A stretch of DNA of 64,000 bases from the human T2T-CHM13v2.0 reference genome, Homo sapiens, in NCBI RefSeq assembly GCF_009914755.1, contig NC_060938.1. One strand, 5' to 3'. The notes below the pieces were generated by a model, which was not told the DNA's origin, made no database searches, and was given only the letters and a program-made list of their open reading frames with translations. Positions 1 through 13,915 of this stretch are shown one piece after another. Both the position numbers and the translations under genes were made by a program. Numbering within the stretch: position 1 is the first letter of the stretch; every line of letters starts with the position of its first letter.

Positions 1-358
<358 letters not shown>

Positions 359-915
359 TTATGCGACCCTAGAAGGCAGAACTAGAATTTGTGAGGAAAA
401 GTTTCCGGGAGGTAACACCAGCTTAGTACACAGACTTCATTGCAAACTGCTCTCTATTGAATAAACTGCCTCGAAAACTCATGATCGTTCTACCACTAAA
501 AGGTTAAGATAGAAGTATGTTTTCCATATGACATGTTCACTGGGTTGGAGGTTGAACTCTTTAATTTCCCAGATTCTTTACATTTTAAACATAAAATTAA
601 ATACATAGTACAGGTGAGGGGTTAGATATCCACAAATAAATGAGCATCATTTTATTTAAAATGTATTTTGAAGATAATAATGGGAAGAACTTATGATAAC
701 CCCATCAGAAGAAATAAAAAATGTTGGCTATATAAGAAATTGCCACATATATTATCAGAGTTGGAAGTAAAGTTAATAAGTGTGAGATTTTTGCTCAGAG
801 TCCTGAAAAGCAAAGTAACTGCAGGTGAAGGCTGTAAGGAAAATCAAAAAAGAGTTATATTAGATAAGGCACTTTCAGAATCAGACAATTTTATCACTCA
901 AGGAAAATAACTTAC

Positions 916-1041
916 CTTGATCACCCTCTGTAGGTTGTTGGTTAGAGTAGAAACACATGTGAAGCACGTGTTCTCTAACCCATAACAGACACTCAACATA
1001 TGTTGGTTCTCTCTCCTTGAACTCTCATAAAATACTCCTAT
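916..1041 (-). other. Candidate internal exon (126 nt, phase 0-0, one open frame IGVFYESSRRENQHMLSVCYGLENTCFTCVSTLTNNLQRVIK)
   Basis: Minus strand reads tggtttcag|ATAGGA...ATCAAG|gtaagt, a near-consensus donor; length divisible by 3; the other two frames are closed. An in-frame alternative acceptor (ttactccag|) would start the exon at 1080. Peptide not recognised. Confidence 0.35.
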
Positions 1042-1775
1042 CTGAAACCATTTACTATCTTTTGAATATTCAGCAGCTGCCTGGAGTAACATATAATCAT
1101 TGATTTTACACCAAAAACCAATACTACTGATGGTCACCGTTAACAGAAAAGCCAGAAAGATAGGAATTCCCCTTCCAGGTAAGAGTACATTTTCTAAAAT
1201 GAGATTGATGCACTAAATTCAGTTTATCGAGTGGTACTAATTTGTATTTTGAAATAAATTCAGTAACTGTCTGTAAAGGCCAACATATTTTTTCTTGTTA
1301 GTGGCACATGAAATTGGGTCTTTTTAAAATATGTAATAATAATCTCAAATTCTGACATCAAAGCTCCAGCAGTTTAATTAGAAGTCTTTCAAAGGGTTGA
1401 CACAATTCTTATGCTTCCCAAGTAAACATAGGTTGTACTAAGTCTTCAAGATATGAACATTCTTTAGAACCAGACAGACCCAGACACAGGAACGCAGATA
1501 CTATTTTCCTATTTCAGCCCCTTTTTGAAAAAGTACTCACTTTGATTCTATGGGTGGACATGAGAGGCCTAATATGAATGATTTTCCACATCCCCCTTCC
1601 CACTCACCACTTACCCTTTTTATTTTTTTAAGGTGGTTGTTTAGCCTAGGATAGACATAGTGTTGGCTCGATGTGGTAACTGAGAGCAGCCTTCACATTT
1701 GGGAAAATGGAACCGTTTCAAAGTCAGTGGAGTGTGACAAGTGGTAGGAACACAGGAAGGTCAGGTAAAATGCAG

Positions 1776-1928
1776 GTCCCCTGTGCAATATTTGGGACAT
1801 ACTAAAAACATCAGACATTATAAATCTGAATTGGACATATGTATTCTTTAACAAATATTCTTTGTTTATTCGAATTTTAATTTTACCTGGGAGTCCTGTA
1901 TTTTTGTTTGCTAAATTTGGCAACCCTA
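1776..1928 (-). mobile_element. MER53 (hAT-type palindromic MITE), partial
   Basis: Reverse complement begins TAGGGTTGCCAAATTTAGCAAACAAAAATACAGGAC, the MER53 terminus; central GTCCC..GCAATATTTGGGACATACT motif is present. Confidence 0.75.
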
Positions 1929-3369
1929 TTGGTATATAATAGACAAGGAAATTCCTATTTTGTAATGTCTACATGTCCTGCCATGCAGAGACTATAATGA
2001 AAGATTTGGTATTACTGACATCTGAGAATTTGTGGGCACCTTAGGCAAGAGCCTTATTTGTTTAGATCTTTGAATATAATGGCTAATAATTGCTTGCAAT
2101 TATTGTGTGCTTACCAAGTTCAGGGTGTTTTGTGTTGTAAGACTGTAACATGTCCATGTAAAATATCAATAAAATAAATCTTTCCCAGCTTCCTTGACCA
2201 CCAGCTGCCCCCCACCCACCCCCAACCAAGAACAAACAAAAGTGTTTGAATTGCTACTATTTAGCTAGAAACAAAGACTCCAAATACCAAAATACATAGA
2301 GCAAAGGGGGTCTTGGCACAGGGCTTGATTTCTCACCTATACTAGGGGACAAATGAGACAGAGCTGGATCTGTATTTTGCTGTCGAGAAATGTAAAAGTA
2401 ACTGGGAAAGAGAAAGAATCGAGCTCTGCTACATTAGATGACAGAATTCTGAGTATTGCACATTGTTCCTTTCCCCCTTTTTACGCCCGGGAGATAGGAA
2501 GTTAAGTAATTTTAAACATAGCTCCCTTGAGGTTTGAGGGTACTTATGACCAACAAGACTGGTCCTGAATTGTCATCAAGTTTGCAGAACAGCAGGACCT
2601 ACACATCCAATCTCAGGAGCCAGCAATGCACAGCGGAAAAACATGCTCTTTAGAGAGCCAAAGTTCCCCTCTTTGCTCCTTGCCCTTCACTTCCTTTATA
2701 GCTCAGAGGGGTACTGGCTAGGATCCCCTAGAGCTCAGGAAGCCACTGAACGTACTCATTTGTGAATTCAGTCTGCTAGAAGCCAGGCAAGGCAAAAGCA
2801 CTGTGTGAGGTGGGAAAGGTTATTGCACCCTGTAGGTGATCTGCCACCAGGGACTTTCAGGCCATCAATTATGCCACACATAAAGAGAGCCAGCAGTTGG
2901 ACATGACTAGCTCAAAAGCCAACACTCTGAGGAGTGGCTACAGGCCCTCCAGATCTCAGACACAAGCCCTAGGTCCTGAAGTAGATCCCCCTTTCTCCTT
3001 AGCAGCAGGGCCTGCTGACAATCTGCAGCCCAGTGAGAGGAGAAGCAGGTGCAGGAGGAAGGTTAGAAAGAGGGGGTCATGAGGCGATTTATCACCCAAT
3101 CTATACAATTGGAACTGACACCTAACCGCAAACAGTAACACTTGGATTTGGTCAACTACTTATTATATCCAGGTTTTTAAGAGGTAGTTTTTTTAAAAAA
3201 AATACTAGTTTGAATTGACTTTATAGGATTAGAATAAGACAAATTGACATTTGTTTTATTATACTTTTGACTATGGAACAAAATAATGGCATTGTAAAAT
3301 GATAATAAAATATCTGTATATAGCAAAGTGGTCACTCCCACACACGTATTTTCTCATTTAAGTGTCATG

Positions 3370-3560
3370 GAATGAGAACATTTTACGAGCTAGGACCTAT
3401 TATTCTCTACTGTAGGACACAGGTCATATTATTCTTTTATCACAGAGAAGCAAATTGAGGCATAAAGAGTTTAAGTGGTTTCCCTTAGGTCACACAACTG
3501 TGTGTCCAGGATGCAAATCCAAGGGGTCAGATTCCAAACAGTCTTAACCATTCCACTCTC
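3370..3560 (-). mobile_element. MIR fragment
   Basis: CAGAGAAGCAAATTGAGGCATAAAGAGTTTAAGTGGTTTCCCTTAGGTCACACAAC resembles the reverse complement of the MIR core. Confidence 0.65.
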
Positions 3561-4969
3561 CTGCTCCTCAAGGTAACTTTTATACTTTCTCCTGGACTCT
3601 GTGAAAACTCGGATAGATGAATGGGTGAAGTAGGAAGTCGTGCAGCAGTTTCACACCCAGCAGGTCACCCTTCACAGAGCGTTTGCCATGGAGAACCATC
3701 CCTGAAAGCAGTGAATTGAACACAATTGAAGCTGTATACTTGCTGGGAAAGCGGTAGCCTAGACCTTGAAAGAGCTTTGTGCGAGGCAGTCTCTAGACTC
3801 TCCTTACTCTCCAAAGCAGAGCCAGTAGGCTTAAACACATGCTACCATTTTGCAGCTTCCGGTCCCCTTCAAGGACACCTTGTGTTTTTGTTTTGTTTTG
3901 TTTTTAACTTTCTTCTACATATATTAAATACACTACCTTTATGGAAGGCAGGGAGCAGGGAGGGTCAAAGAATGTGACTTTCCCTGGACTCTGACATCAA
4001 CCTTGATTCCACTTACACCTAAATCATTTGTTTACGAGAATAGGGATTTCTGTCTGCTTTGCTAACTGCTATATCTCTAGTGTCTGTAACATTTGTAACA
4101 TTTGTAATAAACAAATGTTATGCATTAGTTCAATAACCTTTTCATACATTCAGCAAATGTATGACGTGGTGCGTCTAGGAATGGAAAATGTTACAAATAA
4201 GCAGGGCACTTTATAGTTCCTTCACTATGTTCCACTGTCTAAACAAAGAATCAGTGCTATCTGTATATTATTATTATTATTGATCATTAATGTCTACTCC
4301 TCATTTGGAAGCAGGAGCTATATCATTTGCCTTCTGGCATTCCTAGAACCTACCCAACTACTGAGCAAATGCATACTGGGTAGACTCAGGTTCAAATCTT
4401 TGACCCACAAATCAGTCATTGAAAGGTCTTGAATCAGAACCTGCTTTGATTTCATTGCAAGGATGCAATAATATCCACTAGAAGCTCATTTTCTAGCTTA
4501 TGAGAAAACAAAATTTTCTTTCCTACTGCAAGGTAAGAGAGTATAGGCACTGATTTTGAAATGGAAAGCTTCATTAAAAACAAATGAAAATGAAAAGGTG
4601 ATTTAATCATGCTTATGGACTTTAAACACTAATTCACAAGGTGCTACCACCAGCTGATCCATATCTTGTACGCAAAGTATGATAGTTCTTTGTTTTATTT
4701 TAAGTTTAAAAGAATGTACAAATATAACAAATAAAAAGATAAAACATCAGGGATGCCTAATATAAGTAACTCACTGTATTTCAAAAACACTAAATGTAAT
4801 TAGGCCCTCTCTACAAGTCCTTACAGTTTTAGAGACAGCTTTATGACCTAAGCTCCAATTTTGAGTGACACTGAATATTTATTACCAAGAAAGCTATATT
4901 TCCATGGTAATTATTATACATTACCATTATGAGTATTCTCAAATTAATTCTACTGAATGTTTCCTTTTA

Positions 4970-5274
<305 letters not shown>

Positions 5275-6751
5275 TTTTAAAAAGAAGGGCTTTTTACCTT
5301 TAGCTTTATTTTTAACATGCATATAGTAAAATGGTTCAACTTAACATAGTGGAAACATTGATGAATTTTATTTAGTTAAACTCTTTAAAATGGTGTGTTT
5401 TTATTTACATTTTAAAAATTGCACCCAACACTTTGGCCATTGAAAGAATCTATAAACAGTAAGATTTTTCATAATCCAATTGAATCTTTCATGGGCAACT
5501 GGCAAATTGTAACTCAAAAAGTAAAATGTCTCCTGCTAATTCAATATGTAATTTATATAGCTTAATTTTACCCAATTATTATATAGATGATCATTTTTCT
5601 CTAGAAAACAAGCATTTTTTTAAACCATGAAGAAATTATTATAGAAAGTGTTAAAGGATTTGAGTTCATAAGAGTTCAACTTGTATGAATTAAATGGTGT
5701 GAAAAATATATATCCTTACTTATCAATGTAGTATTAAAAGAAATCAGCTTTTAAAAACCTAGTATTTGGTTTTATTCTCAGTATTAAAAACCTAGACCCT
5801 TTTTACTTCATGTACATTGTGTCCATCTTTTGTCCAATGACAAATCAGATTGCTGCTGAACACTATAAAAATTAAGGACAAAATTTAAAAACCAGAAATC
5901 AGGCTATGGTTCCAGCTACACATTTATTGGTAGAATGCACAATAACCTGTACTGTTTCTATCAGCAAAGAGGTTTATTTCATTTAAGCTTTTTTTCCTCT
6001 GTGCTTCATTATGTTCTGCAGAATCCATGCTGGAAGGTTTAATTTATTTAAGTGATAAAAGCTTCTTAAACTTAACAGGGAACATGGCCAACTGAGCTTT
6101 CCATTTCAAAAGTAGGACATTTGCTCATAAAAGTGATATCAAAATTGAATAATTTGAATGTGTACTGAACTTTGAAATCCAATAAAGGCAAGAAAAAAAA
6201 GGTTAGAATCATTTGTTTAATGTCATGGATTCAGTGTTACATAATTTGAGGAAAAGAGAGAGGTGTTTTCTCTCAAATGGCTCATCACTTTCTAGATCTG
6301 TGAATCGACTAGGAATTTATAGCTATATGTGATCAAGCAGTGAGTAGCTCTGGTTCATCTGACTCTCCTGGGATTTAGTTGGTTTGATTCTTTGGTTCTT
6401 CTTACTGCTTCCATCATCTTAGTCACGAATTCTAACTCTAGCCCTCCAATCCATGACAACGTGAACTAATACAACAAAGCATTATTTATTCAATGCTACC
6501 ATGTATATATCAGAGGCTGTAAACTCTCAGTGAAGGCCACAGTGATGGGGCTGTCGCAAATGACCATTCTACAAATTTAGATGTGCTTAGGGTAACAATG
6601 ATGCATGATACTCTGTTTTGAGATGTGGCAGCCTTGTTTACTTCAGCCACTCATCAATCTGTAAGCTCTCCGAGGGCACAAAATGTGTTATAGATCTAGT
6701 CCAGTCTCTTAGGTCCTAAAATTTTTGAGGAATTAATTAATTAAGTAAATG

Positions 6752-6862
6752 TAAAGAAAAAGGAAGGAAGGAAAATGGGTAGAGAGGAAAAAGAGAGGAA
6801 GGCAGAAAGGGAGGAAGGGAGGGAGGGACTGAGGGAGGGAGGAAAGGAGGGATAGGGAAGGA
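6752..6862. repeat. Purine-rich (GGAA/GGGA)n low-complexity tract
   Basis: Run of GGAA/GGAG/GGGA units seen directly. Confidence 0.85.
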
Positions 6863-7354
6863 ATATCTTTTGGTTTTGCTAATGTGGCAGGTGATGCCTA
6901 ATGTAAGAAGGATTAGTATGATGCAAATGCAAAAGATTCTAGGATTACTAATACAGTTACTGAAATAACTAATGAAATGTTCTAAGCGTCATTTTCTTTA
7001 CCGTGTAAAAGATCATTTATCTCAATTCTTCAGGCTATCATAAACATGAAAATATGTTTTTCACAATGAACAAAACATTGTAAACTTTATCAATGCTAGC
7101 CTAACTTTGAAATATGGTGCTCAATACCTATGTTTTTATTTGTACAAATTTTTCATTTAAAAAAATATAGAAGGAAAGCAAAGTCTTCAAGAGCAAGAAT
7201 ACAGCTATTCCAAGGTTAATCTGACAAGGTTTTGATTCACTGTATCAAACATTGCAGTAGCCCATGAATTGCTCTCCTTGCCTCAATTTTTAGTCTCGTT
7301 TTTCTTCATTCTACTCTTTGATGTTGAATATAAAATATAATAGTATACTAGTCT

Positions 7355-7610
7355 AAAAATTACAGAATAAAATCCAAACTCCTTAGTAAGAAGTCAGCAA
7401 TCCAGCAGTGGTCCAGCCCTACCTACTTCTCTAACCTCTGCTTCCTTCACTCCTCACTTGGCCTCCACACACCTGCCACACTGAGTCACTTTGAGTTCGA
7501 GCATGTATTCATGATATTTGCATATACTGTTCCCCTTCTTCCTCCTCACCCACTGGAGAACTCCTACTTGTCCTGTGATACTCAGCTCAACTGTGTCCTT
7601 CTTTATAAGG
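7355..7610 (+). mobile_element. L2 3' fragment
   Basis: CAGAATAAAATCCAAACTCCT...CTACTTGTCC..CTCAGCTCAA resembles the L2 3' region. Confidence 0.55.
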
Positions 7611-7616
7611 TAGTTC

Positions 7617-7666
7617 TAGCTACATAATTTTCAGAGCCCAATGCAAGATTAAAAAGTCAGGGCCTC
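7617..7666 (-). mobile_element. MER45A-like DNA transposon, first piece (split by the L1 insertion)
   Basis: GCTACATAATTTTCAGAGCCCAATGCAAGATTAAAA is the reverse complement of the MER45A 3' end; the element resumes at 10213. Confidence 0.6.
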
Positions 7667-10212
7667 TAACATCATACTTTATAATAAAATACTAGAAGCT
7701 TTCCCCCTAATATCAGCAAAGAGAGGCACAGGTATGATCCCATCACTTCTACTTAACATTGTATTGGGGGGTTCTAGCCAAGGAAATTGTCAAGAAAATA
7801 AAATAAAAGATATCCAGAATAGAAAGGAAGAATTAAAACTCCTCTATTTAGAGATGACATGATCATGCATATAGAAAATCTTAAGAAATACATGAAAAAC
7901 CTGCTAGAATGGATAAAGGAGTTCAGCAAGGATGCAGTATACACATTCAATATAAAAATCTGTTGTATTTCTATGCACTAGCCATGAACCATCTGAAAAT
8001 GAAATTAAGAAAATAATGTTATTGACAATAGCTTCAAGGAGAATAAAAGGAATAAATTTATCAAAAGAAGAAGTGTAGGAGTTGCACATAGAAAAACTAC
8101 AAAACATAGACATATATTAAAGAAAACCTAAATAAATGGAAAGATCTCATGTTTACATATTAGAAAACAATATTGCTAACATGGCAATACTACCCAAGTT
8201 AATCTATAGTTTTGATACAATTTTCATCAAAATTTCAACAGCCCATTTTTCAGAAATTGATAAACTGACTCTAAATTTTAGATGAAAATGCAAGGGACCC
8301 AGAATAGTTGAAACAATATTGGAAAAAGAGAACAAAGTTGGAGGACTTACACTTAACACTTTTAAAATTTATAACAAAACTACAGTAATTAAAGGATTTG
8401 GTACTGGCATAAGAATAGACATAAATATCAGTGGAATACAACTGAGAGTCCTGAAATAAACCTATGCATCTATGGTCAACCGGTTTTTGACAAGGTTGTC
8501 AAAGCAATTCAATGATGTCTTAAAGAAGAATAATCTTTTGAAAAAATGATACTGAAACAACTGCATATACACAAACAAGAAATGAATGTGGATATCTGCC
8601 TAACACTATATACAAAATTAAACTTATAATGGATAAAAGACCTAACTGCAAGAGCTAAAACTTTAAAGTTCTTAGAAGAAAGCAAAGGTGTAAATTTTAG
8701 TGACCCTGAATTAGACAATGGTTTCGTAGATAGGTACGTAAATCTCAAGGCAGCAAAGAACAAATAAATTCATTGGACTTCATCAAAATTAAAAATGCTT
8801 GTACTTCAAAGGACACTATCAAAGTGAAAAGGCAACTCACAGAATTAGAGAAAATGTTTGCAAATAATATATCTGGTTGCATAAAGTAAAGGTGGTATAC
8901 ACCACGGAATACTATGCAGCCACAAAAATGAATGCAGTCATGTCCTGTGCAGCAATATGGAGGCAGCTAGAAGCCATTATCCTAAATTAACACAGAAACA
9001 GAAAATCAAATGCTGCATGGTCTCACTTACAAGTAGGAGCTAAACATTGGGTACACACAGATGTAAAGACAGGAACAACAGACACTGGGGACTCTAAAAG
9101 AGAGAAGGGAGGCAAGGGGGCAAGGGTTAAAAAATTAATTATTGTGTGGTTTTTCACTACCCAATATTGGGTACTCTGTTCACTATTTGGGTGATGGGTT
9201 CAATAGAAGCCCCAACCTCAGCATCACACGACATATCCATGCAACAAACCTGCATATCTACCCCCGAATTTAAAATATAATAATAATAATATATCTGATA
9301 TAGGTTTAGTATCCAGAATATATAAAGAGCTATTATAACTCAGAAATAAAAACACAAAAGAAAAATAATTTTAAAATCATCAAAAAATTTGAATAGACAT
9401 TTATTGAAAGAAGATCTATAAATGGCCAATAGGCATATGAAAAGATACTCATCATTAGTCATTGGAGAAATGCAAATTAAAACTACAATAAGCTATCATT
9501 TCACATCCTCTAGGATGGCTGTAGTAAAAAACACAGAAAATAACAAGTGTCGGAAGGATGTGGAGAAACTGGAACCCTCACACATTGCTGGAAGGAATGT
9601 AAAATGGCATAGCTTCTGTGGAAAACAGCTTGGCAGTGTCTCAAAAAGTAAATCATAGAGTAGCCATATGACCCAGCAATTCTACTCCTATATAGCCAAG
9701 AGAATTGAAAACATATAGTCACACAAAAACTTGTACATGAATGCTCACAGCAGCATCATTTATGATACCCAAAAAGTAGAAACAACCCACATATTCATTA
9801 ATTGATGAATTGACAAAAATGTAGTGTATCCATACAATGAAATACTATTCAGCCGCAAAAAGAAATACAGTATAGACACATAATGCAATGTAGAGAAACC
9901 TGGAAAACATCATGCTAAGTGAGAGGAACCTGACTAAAGGGGCCACATCTTAAATGATTTCACTTACATGCAATGTCTTGAAATGGCAAACTTAGAATCA
10001 GAGAGTATATAAATGGCTGCTAGGCATAAGGGAAAGTGAGAAAGTGGAATGACCACAAATGTTTGTGGGTTTCTTCTGGGGATGATGAAAATGTTCTAGA
10101 ATTAGATAATGGGGATGGTTGCCCAACTTTGTGAATACACTAAAAAATGCTAAATTGTATACTTAAAATATTGTGAATTGTATGGAATGGGAACTATACT
10201 TCAATAAAAAAT
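7667..10212 (+). mobile_element. L1MB-type LINE, 3' part of ORF2 plus 3' UTR, degraded; contains a nested L1
   Basis: ORF2 RT and C-terminal homology (GAAGCTTTCCCCCTAA, ATTTAGAGATGACATGATC, TACTGGCATAAGAATAGAC); L1MB-like 3' end GATGATGAAAATGTTCTAGAATTAGAT...CAATAAAAA; degenerate TSD AAAAAGTCAGGGCCTC / AAAAAATACAGGTCTC. Confidence 0.9.
8876..9282 (+). mobile_element. L1PA16/17- or L1PB-type 3' end nested in the L1MB
   Basis: Primate L1 3' UTR (GGTGATGGGTTCAATAGAAGCCCCAACCTCAGCATCAC...AAACCTGCA); TSD AATAATATATCTG on both sides. Confidence 0.85.
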
Positions 10213-10341
10213 ACAGGTCTCCTTGTTCAAAATTATGAAGAATTTCAAGATGGCAAAAACAGAACATTACACCAAAAGCAGGATCTTTCCAAGTGCATGG
10301 CCCTGCATATCTGCACAGGTTGCACACCCATGAAGCCAGCT
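10213..10341 (-). mobile_element. MER45A-like DNA transposon, second piece
   Basis: CCTTGTTCAAAATTATGAAGAATTTCAAGATGGC...TGCACAGGTTGCACACCCATGAAGCCAGC is the reverse complement of the MER45A 5' part. Confidence 0.7.
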
Positions 10342-10415
10342 AGGAAGCTTTCACTAGCCTGTCAGTCAGAGTTGGTCCATCCTATGCTATACCCCAATAG
10401 CACTTACTTTATGCC

Positions 10416-10842
10416 TGATAAAAGAAAAACTTCAGCCGAATTAAATTGAAAGGAGTTTAATTGAGCAATGAACGATTCGTGAATTGGGCAGCCCCCAGAA
10501 TCACAGCGGATTCACAACCACTCCAGCGCAGCCACACGGCGAAAGAAGATTTGTAGACAAAAAAAGGAAAAGATGTACAGAATTTGGAAGTGAGGTACAG
10601 AATGGCTAGATTGGTTACAGCTCAGTGTTTCCCTTACTTGAACAGTTTGAAGACTCAGCAGCATATGAACGGTTGAAGTACGGCGCTGGGATTGGCCAAG
10701 ACTTAGCTATTGTTACAGGCACATACTCCTAAATCAGGTTTTCAATCTTGTCTACCTATTAAGCTACGTTACAGTTCATCCACAAGGACTCAAATACAGA
10801 AGTACAGAATCCTTCTCAGGCCATATTTAGTTCACTTTAACG
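10416..10842 (-). mobile_element. MER57-family solo LTR (ERV1)
   Basis: Reverse complement starts (C)GTTAAAGTGAACTAAATATGGCCTGAGAAGGA, matching the MER57 start, and ends TCA; 4-bp TSD TGCC at 10412-10415 and 10843-10846. Confidence 0.85.
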
Positions 10843-10879
10843 TGCCTCTTATTAAGTGCTGAGATGCAGCACATACAAG

Positions 10880-11795
<916 letters not shown>

Positions 11796-11796
11796 C

Positions 11797-12980
11797 CTGG
11801 AATGGTGGCCTATAAACTAGAAAGACAAGTTATCCACACCATTACAGATGCGCGTGCACGCACACACACACACTGTATACCTATATACACACATGCACAG
11901 TATGCAAAAGTGAAGAAGCGATAGGATAACTGACTAAACACTCCCATAAAAATGGCGAAGAGTGATGACTGCGGACTGGTCTATAGCAGTGATGAAATCT
12001 ACCAGGCAGGCATTCTGAGGTTCCCTCTGCCCTGGCAGTGGAATAAATTCCTTTATTATTCTCTTAGTCAGCTATCAGGGATAAGCTCTTTCATCCATTG
12101 TTCTCTGTGTCTCCTGATTCTATGTTCTTGGAGGTCCTTCTTTGTCCGTATTTCTCTATAGTGAGATCTGATATGGGTATTGGGAGAATTTGTCCTATTT
12201 TAGGACTGTAGGGCTTCCTCAGCTACTTCCTGCCTGTGCAAATTTGAGGACCCAAAGTTTGCTTTTGGGCTCATAGAAAAAAGATTTTTAAAGATCAAAC
12301 TTGTGGTTTCTTTGGCAATGTAATTTTCTCAAAAACTTTAGTAAGCTTCTGATCTATTTACAGTCAATTCCATGTTCTGGGAACTTCACAAGAAGTACTT
12401 TCCTAGATATAATTCTCTGGTCTGATTTAATCTTTTGCTTTCTTGACATCATGTTTCTTTCTCTCTCTCTCTCACTCACTCGCTCTCTCTCTCTCTCTCT
12501 CTCTCTCTTTCTATGGCAAATAGATTGGCAACTGTATTGAAGGGTTCAGGCTTGGTGGAAAGGTCAGATTCCTAATCTCATCTTTGCCCCCAAACTGATT
12601 CTTAACAGATTTTTTTTAATACAATGGATTTTAATTTTATTTTTATTTCCCTCCTACCTAGTCTAATTTCATTTCCATATCTACATACAAGCCAGCCAAC
12701 ACTAATCTGGCATCACCTCTTTCATTTAGTGCCATGTTAAACATAACTAGCCACAACCCAAACATTACTAATATTGTTTTCCACCCTTTTCCAATAGAGC
12801 TATAGCACTGGAAGGCAATCACAGGTAGAAAATATACCAAATGTTTTGTTATTAAATAATACTTGTCTTCATCTTTCCAAGTCTCAAATATTAATTTCCT
12901 TACCTGTTTCTACTCCTGCTAAGTCAATATCACATATTTTAGAATAAATGGCGAGAAAGCCCACTACTGGAACCAATTTA
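11797..12980 (-). mobile_element. ERVL-MaLR internal sequence (MLT/MST-int-like), degraded
   Basis: Resembles antisense MaLR-int (ATAGGATAAC..ACTCCCAT, GTCAATTCCATG, CCACTACTGGAACCAATT as the internal 5' end); contains embedded (CA)n and (CT)n. Confidence 0.5.
12457..12511. repeat. (CT)n microsatellite, interrupted
   Basis: Seen directly. Confidence 0.9.
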
Positions 12981-13339
12981 AGTCAATGCCCAGTAGCACT
13001 GGAATTGCCACCTAATCATTAGCATTTGAAAATTTGGAAAAATATTCAGAAGAATATCATCATTTTAATTCTAAGTTCTTAGCATTGAATTTGTAGCACA
13101 TCTAAGCTCATTTGAACAAAATGATAAAGAAAAACCCTCACCCTCATGTTCTGCTGGGAATGTAAGAATACAGCACCCAGTACTTGCCTGAGGCCATTAA
13201 ATGAACCATTAGACCACATTGTCTTTGAAACATAATTATTCCAGTTACAATACAGATTGTTCTCACATGTTTTCATCTTGGGAACATTAAAATAAAATTC
13301 CCAGGATTAGGGGAGTTATACTAAATACTACAAATGGAT

Positions 13340-13500
13340 CACTGTCTCAGTTAATTTTCATAATAATCCATTATAAAGATGAAAAAAAACCTGAGGCTTA
13401 GGGAGATTTAAAAATCTTCCCCAAGTCTACACAGTGAAGAGTGACAAAGCAGGGTTTCTAACCAAGGTTCATTGGACTTAAGGACTAGGCTACTCTGATT
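13340..13500 (-). mobile_element. MIR fragment
   Basis: AAAGATGAAAAAAAACCTGAGGCTTAGGGAGATTTAAAAATCTTCCCCAAGTC matches the antisense MIR core. Confidence 0.7.
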
Positions 13501-13699
13501 TAAGAATACTTGAACTAAATTTTTGTAACTGGCCTGGAGTAAAGGAAATTAAATGATTAAAGAGGTTGAATCACTTACTCATGAATCACTAAAGTTATGA
13601 CTCCATATGCTGGAAGTTTAACATGCAGAAAGTAAATACATACATATTAATATATACTGGGACTCTTCGGTATGTATGTGAAAAATAACATCATTTGAC

Positions 13700-13915
13700 A
13701 TTGGCAAACGTAATACACTTTATAAAGCTCTTCCATGTTACCTCATTTTCCCCTTGCAACTCTGTACATCAGTCAGGGCAATTATTATTATTTCCATTTG
13801 ACAGTTGAGGCTCAGAGAAGTTATATGACTTGCCTAAGCTCACCAGCTAGTAAACAGCCGAGCTCTGACTGAAACCCGTTTCCTACTGCCAACTCCAGTG
13901 TTCCTTCCACTATTT
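13700..13915 (-). mobile_element. MIR
   Basis: TTTCCATTTGACAGTTGAGGCTCAGAGAAGTTATATGACTTGCCTAAGCTCACCAGCTAGTAA matches the antisense MIR core. Confidence 0.8.

Noticed and set aside
1075-1178. + strand exon-like segment ending CCAG|GTAAGA
   Set aside because: All three frames are closed, the acceptor is weak and there is no supporting + strand exon series.
2956-3141. Short ORF with a signal-peptide-like LLHLLLLSLG stretch
   Set aside because: Non-ATG start; the Leu run comes from a CT-rich tract; no supporting promoter or splice structure.
11849-11873. Alternating purine-pyrimidine tract with Z-DNA potential
   Set aside because: A short, ordinary (CA)n/(CG) microsatellite inside a repeat.
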